Positions 48,594-57,775 of a stretch of DNA of 64,000 nt are shown here, piece by piece. The first letter of the stretch is position 1, and each line of letters opens with the position of its first letter. Under the pieces are notes generated by a model that saw only the letters and a list, made by a program, of their open reading frames with translations, did no database searches and was not told the origin of the DNA. The position numbers and the translations under genes were made by a program. The DNA comes from Phycisphaeraceae bacterium (GTDB lineage Bacteria; Planctomycetota; Phycisphaerae; Phycisphaerales; Zrk34). Location: NCBI GenBank assembly GCA_040905565.1, contig JBBDRF010000071.1, positions 18,968 to 82,967 of the forward strand, in the 5' to 3' direction.

Positions 48594-49397
48594 TTACTCG
48601 CCTTCGTTATCTGCTTCGGTTTCGGGCTGTTGCTCCTGAGGCTCCTGATCTTCCTGAGCCTCCTGATCGCTTGATGCTTCGTCGTCTTCCTCAGACTGCT
48701 CACGAGCCCGATCGAGTTTGTCCATCTGGCGGGCATGACGCTGGTGTTCACGTTCTTCCAAGGCGTCGATGCGTTCAAGCAGTTGGTCCCGTTCGCCCTC
48801 TTCGGCCAGTTCCCGCATGCGGCGAATCTGTGCCATGCGCCGTTCGTGGATCCGCTTAAAGTTTTCGGTCCGCCGCTCAAGTGCCTGCTCGCGCATCGCG
48901 GCACCACGGCCCTGGCCGCCCTCGGCTCCGGGACCACGTGCTGCACCGGGCCCGCCGCGCCCCTTCGGGGGCCCGCCGGCAGCGCCGTCGCCACGTGCAT
49001 TGCCGCCCCTGGCGTTCGGGCCGCCACGACGTTCAGCGGCTTCCGCTCCTCGGTCGTCACGAGATTCCCGGCCTCGCGAACGCGCCTCTTCGGAAGCCTC
49101 TTCTGCACGCTCACGTCCTTCACGCGAGGCCTCTTCCGAGCGCCGACGCCCTTCGCTGGCAGCCTCTTCCGCGCGCTGACGTCCTTGACCGGAGGCTTCT
49201 TCCGCCCGCCGACGCCCTTCGCCGGCAGCGTCGCCTCGCTCGGCCTGCTTGTTTCCCTGACCGGCGCGCTCACGAGCCTCCTGTCCCTTTCCACGGTCCG
49301 GCCGATCGGCAGGCTGTCCAAACGCCGTCGCGCTAAACAGCAGCCCCACACCAATCATCGTCATGGCCAATCGTTTCGTTACGTCAGTCGCATTCAT
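48594..49397 (-). CDS. Secreted low-complexity protein with 11-residue repeats
   Basis: Signal peptide ending ATAFG; repeats EGRRRAEEASG / QGRQRAEEAAS / EGRRRSEEASR / EGRERAEEASE. Confidence 0.75.
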   Translation of the reverse strand: MNATDVTKRLAMTMIGVGLLFSATAFGQPADRPDRGKGQEARERAGQGNKQAERGDAAGEGRRRAEEASGQGRQRAEEAASEGRRRSEEASREGRERAEEASEEARSRGRESRDDRGAEAAERRGGPNARGGNARGDGAAGGPPKGRGGPGAARGPGAEGGQGRGAAMREQALERRTENFKRIHERRMAQIRRMRELAEEGERDQLLERIDALEEREHQRHARQMDKLDRAREQSEEDDEASSDQEAQEDQEPQEQQPETEADNEGE

Positions 49398-49571
49398 CGC
49401 TGATCTCCTTTGCAATTTCTTCTCCCAGCCTGACTGGCTGCGCTCTTGACAGTAACGCGCGGACTGTTGAGCGGCAAAGGTTTCGGTCCGCTTCTGACGA
49501 CGGTCGTCCACCTTCACGAGACAGATGCCCCCTCATGAGCAACGGACGAGGGGCGATCATCAAGGTCGTGA

Positions 49572-50024
49572 TCAGTTCCTGGTTTCTTTTGGCTGGTGCA
49601 AATCGTTCGATGGCGTGGCTGCCCGATTGTGCCGCCAGGCTGCGAGCAAGATGGCGGCGAAGGGCCACCACCAGATCAGGTCGTTGGTCAGGATCGTCCA
49701 GCCGAATCGCCATGGCAGATCGCCAGCCATAGCCGTTTGCACGAAGCCGATCGGGCCGGCCACTTTGCCGATCAGCCCGACCAGCACCAGTGGCCACCAC
49801 CGAATCGGACTCGTGGCCGCGATGGCGTAACCGATGCCGTAAGCTCCGACGATCATTCCCACGCATTGCCAGATCATCGGATAGCGCGGGACGGGCATGT
49901 CCAGCATCTCGAACATCGCGTTGGGCCAGAGAACCACCCACGCAGCCCAGACGACGTTGTAGACCGCGGCCGCTGCGAGCGTAAGTTTCATCCACCGCTT
50001 TGAGGGATCTGTTCCAGCCATCAT
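49572..50024 (-). CDS. Small membrane protein
   Basis: WQCVGMIVGAYGIGY...GLIGKVAGPIGF...NDLIWW; ATGA overlap with the SDR gene. Confidence 0.8.
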   Translation of the reverse strand: MMAGTDPSKRWMKLTLAAAAVYNVVWAAWVVLWPNAMFEMLDMPVPRYPMIWQCVGMIVGAYGIGYAIAATSPIRWWPLVLVGLIGKVAGPIGFVQTAMAGDLPWRFGWTILTNDLIWWWPFAAILLAAWRHNRAATPSNDLHQPKETRN

Positions 50025-50791
50025 CTCGACGGCCTCAACGTACTCAAGCCACCGTCGATCCCAAACACTTGCCCGGTCACCCAACTCGATTCTTCCTGCA
50101 TCAGCCAATGAAGAATGGGGACCGTGTCGGATGGCTCGCCCAGCCGGTGTAACGGATGCATGGCCTCACTGAGTTTCCTAGATTGCTCATTTGCAAATAG
50201 GCGCTCGGACATCTTCGATCGGACGAGGCCGGGTGCCACGGCGTTGAAGCGTAATCCCCGGCTGGCGTAGGTAGCCGCAGCGGATTGCATAAGGCCTATC
50301 ACGCCCGCTTTGGCCGCTGCGATTGCTTCGTGGTTCGCGAGGCCGACGCGTGCCGCCGCCGTGCTGAAGAGCACCACGCTGCCTCCGCTGTTCATGGTGT
50401 TGGCTGCGCCTTTCACCGTCGCGAAAGCAGAGGTTAAGTTGATATTTAAGGTTTCATACCATTGATCGGAGGAGGTGCGGTGAGCCGGCGCAAGCAAAAT
50501 CGAGCCGATACAGTTGGCCGCCGCATCGACACGGCCGAAGTGTGCCGCCGTCTGCTCGAATGCGTCGACGATCGAGTCAATCTGCGTCCCTTCCACCTTC
50601 ACGGTCAGCGCGTCATAGGGTTCGGCGAGTTTGTTAAGTTCATCAAGATCTCGCCCAGCCAAAGCCAACCGATGTCCCGAATCGCCCAGCCGCTGCGCCA
50701 ACGCACGCCCCTGGCCCCCGGTCGCCCCGAGGATCAGCGACACTGGTTTGCCGTCGCCTTGGCCTGCTTGATTCTCGGTAGCCATCATCAA
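50021..50791 (-). CDS. SDR-family oxidoreductase
   Basis: GATGGQG, NAVAPG and VTGQVFGIDGG motifs; IAAAK replaces YxxxK. Confidence 0.9.
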   Translation of the reverse strand: MMMATENQAGQGDGKPVSLILGATGGQGRALAQRLGDSGHRLALAGRDLDELNKLAEPYDALTVKVEGTQIDSIVDAFEQTAAHFGRVDAAANCIGSILLAPAHRTSSDQWYETLNINLTSAFATVKGAANTMNSGGSVVLFSTAAARVGLANHEAIAAAKAGVIGLMQSAAATYASRGLRFNAVAPGLVRSKMSERLFANEQSRKLSEAMHPLHRLGEPSDTVPILHWLMQEESSWVTGQVFGIDGGLSTLRPSR

Positions 50792-50821
50792 TCTCCTTCT
50801 CAGGTTGTGGCGGGTAAGCCG

Positions 50822-51313
50822 TCACTCTTCCACATCGAGGCGATGAACTTGCTGCTCACGGTGCCGAGCCCATTTCCATACTGCGTAATAGGCCAGCGGG
50901 TAGGCGATCGGCAGTGAGCGAAGCGATGCTGCCAGAAAGGTCGGTGATTCGAGGGCGTCGAACGTGTAGAGCAATCGCGATGTTTCCAGCATCTGAATGT
51001 AAAACACCGCGAACAACAGGTGTAGCCGGTTGATCTCTGTGTGCACCAGCAGGACCGCGCATATGGCGATGGCCGAGTAACTGAGGACGCCCCACCCGGT
51101 GAGAATTCCCACCGGCACGATGAACATCCAGGCAAGCGGGACATAGAGGGGCAAGATCAGCAAGCCCGGATCGAACGACAAGGCGTTGCTGCACACGACG
51201 GCGAGCAGCACACCGGACCACATGGCCAGCAGCAGTAGCAGCAGCGTGCCGAAGAAGCTTTCCGCGGCTGAGGCGAAGATCGACGCGGGATAGTTCCCCA
51301 TCTCGTTGCTCAT
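50822..51313 (-). CDS. Hypothetical membrane protein
   Basis: Several hydrophobic segments. Confidence 0.55.
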   Translation of the reverse strand: MSNEMGNYPASIFASAAESFFGTLLLLLLAMWSGVLLAVVCSNALSFDPGLLILPLYVPLAWMFIVPVGILTGWGVLSYSAIAICAVLLVHTEINRLHLLFAVFYIQMLETSRLLYTFDALESPTFLAASLRSLPIAYPLAYYAVWKWARHREQQVHRLDVEE

Positions 51314-51599
51314 AAGAAACCCCGATCGATCGGTTGCGCGGCAGTCGCAACTCCCGTCACGCCGCCGCGTGGTACTGCCCGACGTCGCCGAATTGTACCG
51401 GCGTACGACGGCAACGCCTACGGCGTTCAAAGCGGGCTGCTGCGGACGGAATGCACGGGACGGGCCAGCCGGAACCGCGGCGATCGACTGCGTGCTCGCG
51501 ACGTACCTCGCCGAACAAGCGGCCCGAGCACATGCCCCAGCCGGCGCTACGGAAAATCCAGATGCGAAACGAGCAGTTTGCGTCGGCTAGCGTGCTTTT

Positions 51600-52553
51600 A
51601 TGCGAAGCAGATCGACGACGATCCCCGTCTGGCCAGCGCTGCCGTACGCGGAGTGGCGCGAGACCTGCACCACGCTGCACCTCTGGCTACAGGTGGTGGG
51701 CAAGGTGCGGCTTGCGCAGACGCCGTGGGTGAATCACTCCTGGCACGCCACGTTGTACGTCACCGCCTCGGGTCTGACGACCGGGCCGATCCCGCACGGC
51801 CAGCGCAGCTTCCAAATTGATTTCGACTTGATCGAGCACGTCCTGCGCTTCCGCACCAGCGACGATCAGCAGCAGCGGTTGCCGCTGGCGCCCCAGCCAG
51901 TAGCGACGTTCGCGTCGCGTGTGCTCGAGACGCTTGATCGCCTAGGCCTGCCCGTCCACATCCGTGATGTTCCCAGTGAGATGCCGGATCCAATTCCGTT
52001 CCACGAAGATCACGTCCACCGCGAATACGATCGGGAGGCTGCACATCGATTCTGGCAGGCGCTGGTGCAGGTCGACCGCGTGTTCCGTCACTTCCGCACT
52101 GGCTTCATCGGCAAGGTCAGCCCGGTCCACTTGTTCTGGGGCGCGTTGGATCTTGCGGTGACGCGTTTCTCCGGCCGTCGCGCGCCGCTACATCCCGGCG
52201 GCGTGCCCGGCCTACCGGACGAAATCACACGTGAGGCATATTCACATGAGGTCAGCAGCGCCGGCTTCTGGCCCGGCGGAGGAGGAATCGACTACCCCGC
52301 CTTCTACAGCTACGCCTACCCCGAGCCCGACGGCTTCCGCACCGCCACGATCCACCCGGAGCAGGCGTTCTACGAACCCGCGCTCGGCGAGTTCGTCCTG
52401 CCGTACGACGTGGTGCGCCAAGCGGACGATCCCGACGCCACGCTGCTGCAATTCCTGCAGAGCGCCTATGACGCAGCCGCGGAGCGAGGCGGGTGGCCTC
52501 GAACCGAACTGGAATGCCCGCTGGGCCGGCCCGGGGTGCCTCGGCCGATCTGA
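51600..52553 (+). CDS. DUF5996 family protein
   Basis: TLHLWLQVVGKVRL...NHSWH, SPVHLFWGALDLAVTRFSG and EAYSHEVSSAGFWPG. Confidence 0.85.
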   Translation: MRSRSTTIPVWPALPYAEWRETCTTLHLWLQVVGKVRLAQTPWVNHSWHATLYVTASGLTTGPIPHGQRSFQIDFDLIEHVLRFRTSDDQQQRLPLAPQPVATFASRVLETLDRLGLPVHIRDVPSEMPDPIPFHEDHVHREYDREAAHRFWQALVQVDRVFRHFRTGFIGKVSPVHLFWGALDLAVTRFSGRRAPLHPGGVPGLPDEITREAYSHEVSSAGFWPGGGGIDYPAFYSYAYPEPDGFRTATIHPEQAFYEPALGEFVLPYDVVRQADDPDATLLQFLQSAYDAAAERGGWPRTELECPLGRPGVPRPI

Positions 52554-52621
52554 GCCGAGCGAACGCGGATGCCGGTTCGGTAGCACACACTTCTACGCCG
52601 GATCAAACTGCGCTTGGAGGC

Positions 52622-53290
52622 CTACGGCGCTTGTTCGCTTGAGGCGAGATCGCGTTCGCGCTGTTCGAGTCGCCAGGTGTTGAAGCTGTCGGGTTCGATG
52701 CGTCGGTCGCTGCGGTTCTCGCCATTGGTCGTGAATTCACCTCGGCTGGCGGCTACGGATACGCGAGAGCGAGCCTTTTCGATGGAGAGACCAGAAACCA
52801 CGTCCATGAGCATCCGTGCACTCTGGGTCACCGTCAGCCATTGCCCCGCACGATGACCATCAGCAATGAACGGCGACCTATCCACCACGCCATTGCGTTC
52901 GACAACGGCATCGACCGCACCGGCAAGGGCGCCATCGGCAAGCGGAAGCGTGAGGAATGCATCGACGCTTTTGTGCACGAGGGTAAGCGTCAGCGTAACC
53001 GGCTCGGCCTCCTCGGTGATGGCGATCACTCGGCTCGTATCGGCACAGTTGCGATGGATCCAACTCAGTAGATTGATCGCGTACTCCGACATGACGGTGC
53101 TGCAGTTGGGGCGGGCGGGGATGTCAATATCTAAAAGGACATAATCAAAATGCTCCTGCGACAGCCGCTCTTGAGCATCGGCCTGATTGGTGACGCGGTC
53201 CCAATGATGACCTAGCGAGGTGAGGGCGAGATCAAACGACGAAATCACGCGGTCGTCGTCTTCCACAAGTAATGCTTTGCGGTCGCTCAT
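52622..53290 (-). CDS. Receiver domain fused to an excisionase-like HTH domain
   Basis: LLVEDD...VLLDIDIP; C-terminal WLTVTQSARMLM...RRIEPDSFNTWRL. Confidence 0.7.
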   Translation of the reverse strand: MSDRKALLVEDDDRVISSFDLALTSLGHHWDRVTNQADAQERLSQEHFDYVLLDIDIPARPNCSTVMSEYAINLLSWIHRNCADTSRVIAITEEAEPVTLTLTLVHKSVDAFLTLPLADGALAGAVDAVVERNGVVDRSPFIADGHRAGQWLTVTQSARMLMDVVSGLSIEKARSRVSVAASRGEFTTNGENRSDRRIEPDSFNTWRLEQRERDLASSEQAP

Positions 53291-53860
53291 CGTGGAGTGC
53301 TCCTTTTAGCCAAACATAACCTTTCTTCGAGTTAGCAAGCCCCCACCGCGCGCACGATCGGCGCAGGCAGACCGCCAGCCGCGGTTTCCGCGCCGTGCGC
53401 TTTATCAGCTTGGTTTCATTGAGTGGTGCTGAAATCCCGCACCCACCACCAGTCAGCAGCGGCAAAAACATTGAACGCCGTCCCCCGAACATAGAGGATC
53501 ATCATCCGTCCACGCGGCCGAATACCCGGCTCGCAACTGTCATGTGTTCCGAAGCCCCGGCGGGGCCTCGACCACAAAAGTAAACACCATAAAGCCAAAA
53601 AGTCAAGAAAAGTTTTGCTCGAGAGTAGGGCGGGCCTGCCTTGGAATCCGAGCGACTGCTCATCGAAGCCGACACGCGCTGAACAACAGTGGCCGTGGCT
53701 GCCTCGGCCTGAACGCCGCTCGCAGGGCACGGCCACCGTCACTGGCGTGGGGGGAGGCCCGGATGGCACCCGTTTATTGTGGTGACGGTCGGAGAGGGAT
53801 GGCGTAACATCGTGTGATCGTTTGGTTGGTTCTGCGATGTCTGCGCTGAAGGGTAACGCG

Positions 53861-55474
53861 ATGAAGAAGTTTCTGTTGTGGAGTGCGGGGCTCGTGTGCG
53901 TGCTGGCAGTCTTGCTGGTCGCGTCGTGGGTTTTGACGTGGAATACGACGCCGGCCCTTGAGGTTGGACCCGCAACGACGGTCATCGAGAAGCCGTTGCG
54001 TGGTGATGGGACGGTGGACTACGTCGCGGCACTCAACGATCGCTACAGCGCCGGCATCACACCGGAGAATAACGCCTTCGTCTTGATCGCTCCGCTGATA
54101 GCGCCGGACGCGTGGGACGAAATGGGCACGGTCCGACCACGCGTGTTCGAGCAGTTGGGCCTTGAATTGCCGGGCGACGATGCGCGGTATTACCAAACGT
54201 TTGATGCCTACGCCGAACGCGAAGCTGCCGAGGATGGCCACGGCCCGTGGGCGGAAGTGGCAGAGGATGAGGAGGCGGATGAAGAGGCCGATGAGGGGGA
54301 GTCTTTGTATGTGCAGGGGAACTGGGGATCGGAGAAACGATGGGAAATGCAGCGCGATCGGGCGTTGGAGGGGCCGTGGTCGGGCGAGGATGCCCCGCTG
54401 ATGGCGGAGTGGCTTGATGCTAACAACTGGGCGCTCGAGCAGGTGAGTGAGGCTGCGGTACGTAAGCGATTCTGGGCACCGTATGTGACAGAGAAGCCCG
54501 ACGATATCGCGCTGGGGGTTCTGCTGCCGCAGCTCGGGCAAATGAGATCCATGGTGCTTGGCCTGCAGCTGCGTGCCCTGCATCGGCTTGATTCGGGCGA
54601 CATTGAAGGGGCGATGGAAGATGCGCTGACGATCAAGCGTCTCTCGCACCACTTCGTGGACACGTCCATGTTGATCGAACAGATTGTAGGGGTCGCGATA
54701 TCAAGCTTGGGTACGCAGGTGGTTGCGCACATCGCTGCGGACGAGGATTTGACGGTTGAGCAGGCGCGTCGGTTTCAGGCGGAACTGGCCTCGATGCACG
54801 CGCGATTCAACTTGAGTGAGGCAATCAACATCGGCGAGCGATACTTCATGTTGGATACGATTCAACGGATGGGCGCGGATAATCCGGATGATCCGTTGGA
54901 GGGGCTGGGGAGAGTGATGGACCGAAACCAGGCGTTGCGGCGGGTGAATCCCATTTACGATCGAATGACGGAGGCAGCGTCAGCGACGAAACCGCGTGCT
55001 GAGCGTGTGAAGCTGTGGGAGCAGTTGGACCGGGAAATTGAGGCGAGGGCGGTCGCCGTAACCGAACCTTCGCTGCTGTGGCTGAGGGCGGCGGTGGGGC
55101 ATCGGCCGACGCTGACGGATGTCGCGACAGACATGCTGGTGGGCATCATGCTGCCGTCGATCGGCCGCGCGGATACGGCCGTCGATCGTGTGGCCATGTA
55201 CGACGTGATGGAGCAGGTGGCGCTCGGCGTCGCAGGCTACCGGGCGGAGCATGGGGAGTACCCCCAGACGCTTGCCCAGCTCGTGCCGGGCTGGCTGGAG
55301 GCGGTGCCGGTCGACCTGTTTCATCCTGAGGGGGAGGCGGTGCACTACCGCGTGGAGGCTGAGCGGGTGCTCATCTACAGCGTCAACTTCAATGGCGAAG
55401 ACAACGGCGGCATCGAGCCGGGGGATAACGTCGAGCAAGACGCGTTTGATCTCGTCATCAAGTGGGACCGGTAA
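53861..55474 (+). CDS. Membrane-anchored hypothetical protein with GspG-like C-terminus
   Basis: N-terminal TM; DGTVDYVAALN; GEYPQTLAQLVP...PVDLF...IYSVNFNGEDNGG. Confidence 0.7.
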   Translation: MKKFLLWSAGLVCVLAVLLVASWVLTWNTTPALEVGPATTVIEKPLRGDGTVDYVAALNDRYSAGITPENNAFVLIAPLIAPDAWDEMGTVRPRVFEQLGLELPGDDARYYQTFDAYAEREAAEDGHGPWAEVAEDEEADEEADEGESLYVQGNWGSEKRWEMQRDRALEGPWSGEDAPLMAEWLDANNWALEQVSEAAVRKRFWAPYVTEKPDDIALGVLLPQLGQMRSMVLGLQLRALHRLDSGDIEGAMEDALTIKRLSHHFVDTSMLIEQIVGVAISSLGTQVVAHIAADEDLTVEQARRFQAELASMHARFNLSEAINIGERYFMLDTIQRMGADNPDDPLEGLGRVMDRNQALRRVNPIYDRMTEAASATKPRAERVKLWEQLDREIEARAVAVTEPSLLWLRAAVGHRPTLTDVATDMLVGIMLPSIGRADTAVDRVAMYDVMEQVALGVAGYRAEHGEYPQTLAQLVPGWLEAVPVDLFHPEGEAVHYRVEAERVLIYSVNFNGEDNGGIEPGDNVEQDAFDLVIKWDR

Positions 55475-55575
55475 GGCTGGCAACTGAGCCAGAACGTCGC
55501 CGCACCAGCGCGGCGGGGCGTGTGCAAATGTGGGGCTGTTTGCCGTCTCTCTGACAACTGCGGTACATTGCTTGG

Positions 55576-56556
55576 ATGTCCGCGGAATACGATACGAAAG
55601 TTCATCGTCTGCTTCGTCTTCTCACGCTCATGCAGCAGGGGGACGCGGGGAATGCTGCGGTGCTTGCTGGGCAGTTGGGCGTGGCGGAGCGGACGGTGTA
55701 TCGTGATCTGGCGGTGCTGACCGATCTGGGCGTGCCTCACTACTTCGATGACGAAGATGGGCGGTATCGGGTGCGTAAGGAGTTCTTCCTGCCACCCGTT
55801 CAGCTGAATGCAGCCGAGTCGCTGGCGCTGCTGTGCCTAGCGAACGGGATCGGCGGCGATGAGCAGATCGCACTCACCGGGGCGGCTTCGCGGGCGATGG
55901 AGAAGGTCCGGGGCCAGTTGCCCCAGCGGGTGCTTGATGAGCTGGGCGACGTGCATGAGCACATGGACGTGAACCTGCCGGCGAGCGGCCCGGCCGGCGA
56001 ATCCATTCGCGATGTGTTCGGCCTGGTCCAGTCGGCGATTCGCCAACGGCGGGCGCTGCGATGCTGCTACGAATCACTCAACAGCGAAACCGATGACCGG
56101 CCGTTTGTGTTTCGGCCGTTCGCCTTGGCGTTCGATCAACGGGCGTGGTACGCGATCGGGCACCACGACGGCCGCGGCGAAGTGCGTCGGCTCAAGCTCA
56201 ACCGCTTCGTCGCTGTCGACCAGACGGACACTCCCTATGCCATCCCCGACGACTTCTCGCTCGCTGCGTATCGCGGCAAGGCCTGGCGGATGATCCGAGG
56301 CGACACGCTGCACAAGATCGTGATCGACTTCACCGCCGACATGGCCGAGACCGTCAGCGACACCAACTGGCACCCCACGCAGCAGATCGACGACCACCCC
56401 GACGGCTCCATCACCTTCCACTGCGAAGTCGAAGGCCTAGACGAGATCGTCTGGTGGCTGCTGGGCTACGGCCCACACGCCCACGTGCGCGAACCCGCGG
56501 AGTTGGCGGAGCGTGTGGCGGAACTCGCGCGGGGGACGGTGGAACGCTACGCCTAG
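55576..56556 (+). CDS. HTH-WYL-WCX transcriptional regulator (YafY/PafC-like)
   Basis: LGVAERTVYRDL, AWYAIGH...EVRRLKLNR and WLLGYG...VREPAEL motifs. Confidence 0.93.
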   Translation: MSAEYDTKVHRLLRLLTLMQQGDAGNAAVLAGQLGVAERTVYRDLAVLTDLGVPHYFDDEDGRYRVRKEFFLPPVQLNAAESLALLCLANGIGGDEQIALTGAASRAMEKVRGQLPQRVLDELGDVHEHMDVNLPASGPAGESIRDVFGLVQSAIRQRRALRCCYESLNSETDDRPFVFRPFALAFDQRAWYAIGHHDGRGEVRRLKLNRFVAVDQTDTPYAIPDDFSLAAYRGKAWRMIRGDTLHKIVIDFTADMAETVSDTNWHPTQQIDDHPDGSITFHCEVEGLDEIVWWLLGYGPHAHVREPAELAERVAELARGTVERYA

Positions 56557-57065
56557 TGCGTTCGGAACGTGTTCCATTTGGCCGTCTTCAACTCCATTGC
56601 TGCGTAAGCCTCAAACACGTGTAGCTCGAGGTGGTTTGTAATCTCCACAAATGCAGCGTCCATCCGCTGAATACGCTTTTGAGCTTTGTCGAATCTCTTT
56701 CGGAACCATTCGGTCTTCATAGCCTCCGCACGCCGCATGTTGTGGTTGTCCCCGTTGCAGGCCATCCGATATGCGAGGCTGGCATCGCAGTGCGAACGTC
56801 CTCGAACGTGTTGGCGCAGCCGACTGAGCACGCTACGGGAGATTCCGATATAGCAAGGTGTGCCTTCCCCAATCAGGACGTAACACCCCTGGAAGTCGCC
56901 GGGTCGCTCTAACTCCTTGGCGAGGGTGGCCGGGCCAACTCGATCCCGAGCAAGCCGCGACATCGGCACTGGCGACTCGAACTGGTAACGCAGCTGCGCC
57001 ATGTATGCAGGAAGAACGTTGGTGGCGAGGTTCTTAAACGTATGTTCGCAGCCGTCGATGGACAT
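56553..57065 (-). CDS. GIY-YIG nuclease family protein
   Basis: GCYVL...YIGISR...RLRQH, with conserved E and N near the C-terminus. Confidence 0.85.
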   Translation of the reverse strand: MSIDGCEHTFKNLATNVLPAYMAQLRYQFESPVPMSRLARDRVGPATLAKELERPGDFQGCYVLIGEGTPCYIGISRSVLSRLRQHVRGRSHCDASLAYRMACNGDNHNMRRAEAMKTEWFRKRFDKAQKRIQRMDAAFVEITNHLELHVFEAYAAMELKTAKWNTFRTH

Positions 57066-57149
57066 AAACAACAACTTTTTGCAACTGGCGCCCTTTGGGA
57101 TGAACCTCTCTTAATTCTACTAAAACTACTGCAAAATGACCTGGCGCCG

Positions 57150-57182
57150 CTGACATGGTGCTGTCAGTGGCAACTGTATGGT
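57150..57182 (+). promoter_or_regulatory. WYL-type palindromic box with downstream -10 element
   Basis: CTGACA-N6-TGTCAG (57150-57167), N9, TATGGT (57177-57182). Confidence 0.6.
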
Positions 57183-57188
57183 GGTCGT

Positions 57189-57365
57189 AGGCTCGCAGGG
57201 ACGCGGGTTGTGGGAGGTACACGATGGACCGTGTGGAGAACGTGCTGAAGCCGCCGAGGCTTCGGGAAACCGGTGACGGTGTTGAACGGTTACACAGATG
57301 GTGCGTGCGTCGCACGGAGCGGGATGGGCGATTGGCTGCCGTCCGGGGTCAGCCAATCGCCCCGC
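57189..57365 (+). ncRNA. Candidate structured RNA with GGA-loop hairpins
   Basis: Three ANGGA-in-loop hairpins and a terminal 13-bp stem (57326-57362). Confidence 0.35.
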
Positions 57366-57488
57366 CAAATCTCGCCCGCCTCCTCGCCCGACGCTGGGCA
57401 CGATTCTCGGTTCGGCGGGGGGGCAAGCATAGCGGCCCTGAAGACTGACGCGCTCGCAGCCATCGCGGGCACCCGAGGAGAGGTATCC

Positions 57489-57743
57489 ATGTATCCAGAA
57501 CGACTCATCGCCAGCGTGCCGGGCAAACTCAAGCGGGCGTTCACCTCGCACTGCCGCCGCCGAGGCCTTCGCCCCAACCGCCTAATCGCAGCCATAATCC
57601 TCGCCTACTTGCGACAGACCCCGCACGAGAAACTCCAAATCATCACCGCTTACCACGACTGGCGTACCGAGCGTGTGATACGAACGGGCTGGAAGCGGGC
57701 TGAAAGTGTGAAGGCCGACCCCGCCAACTGCTCCAAATTTTGA
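57489..57743 (+). CDS. Small ribbon-helix-helix-like protein
   Basis: GAGGAG ribosome-binding site; LIASVPGKLKRAFTSHCRRRGLRPNRLIAAIILAYL fits a strand-helix-G-helix pattern. Confidence 0.55.
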   Translation: MYPERLIASVPGKLKRAFTSHCRRRGLRPNRLIAAIILAYLRQTPHEKLQIITAYHDWRTERVIRTGWKRAESVKADPANCSKF

Positions 57744-57775
57744 CGTCGCGACGTAACGGCGGGATCATTGGTGTC

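Noticed and set aside
57224..57448. 74-aa ORF with GGGAGG upstream
   Set aside because: Arg-rich, motif-free and crossed by strong hairpins. Not called as a CDS, though a leader peptide cannot be excluded.
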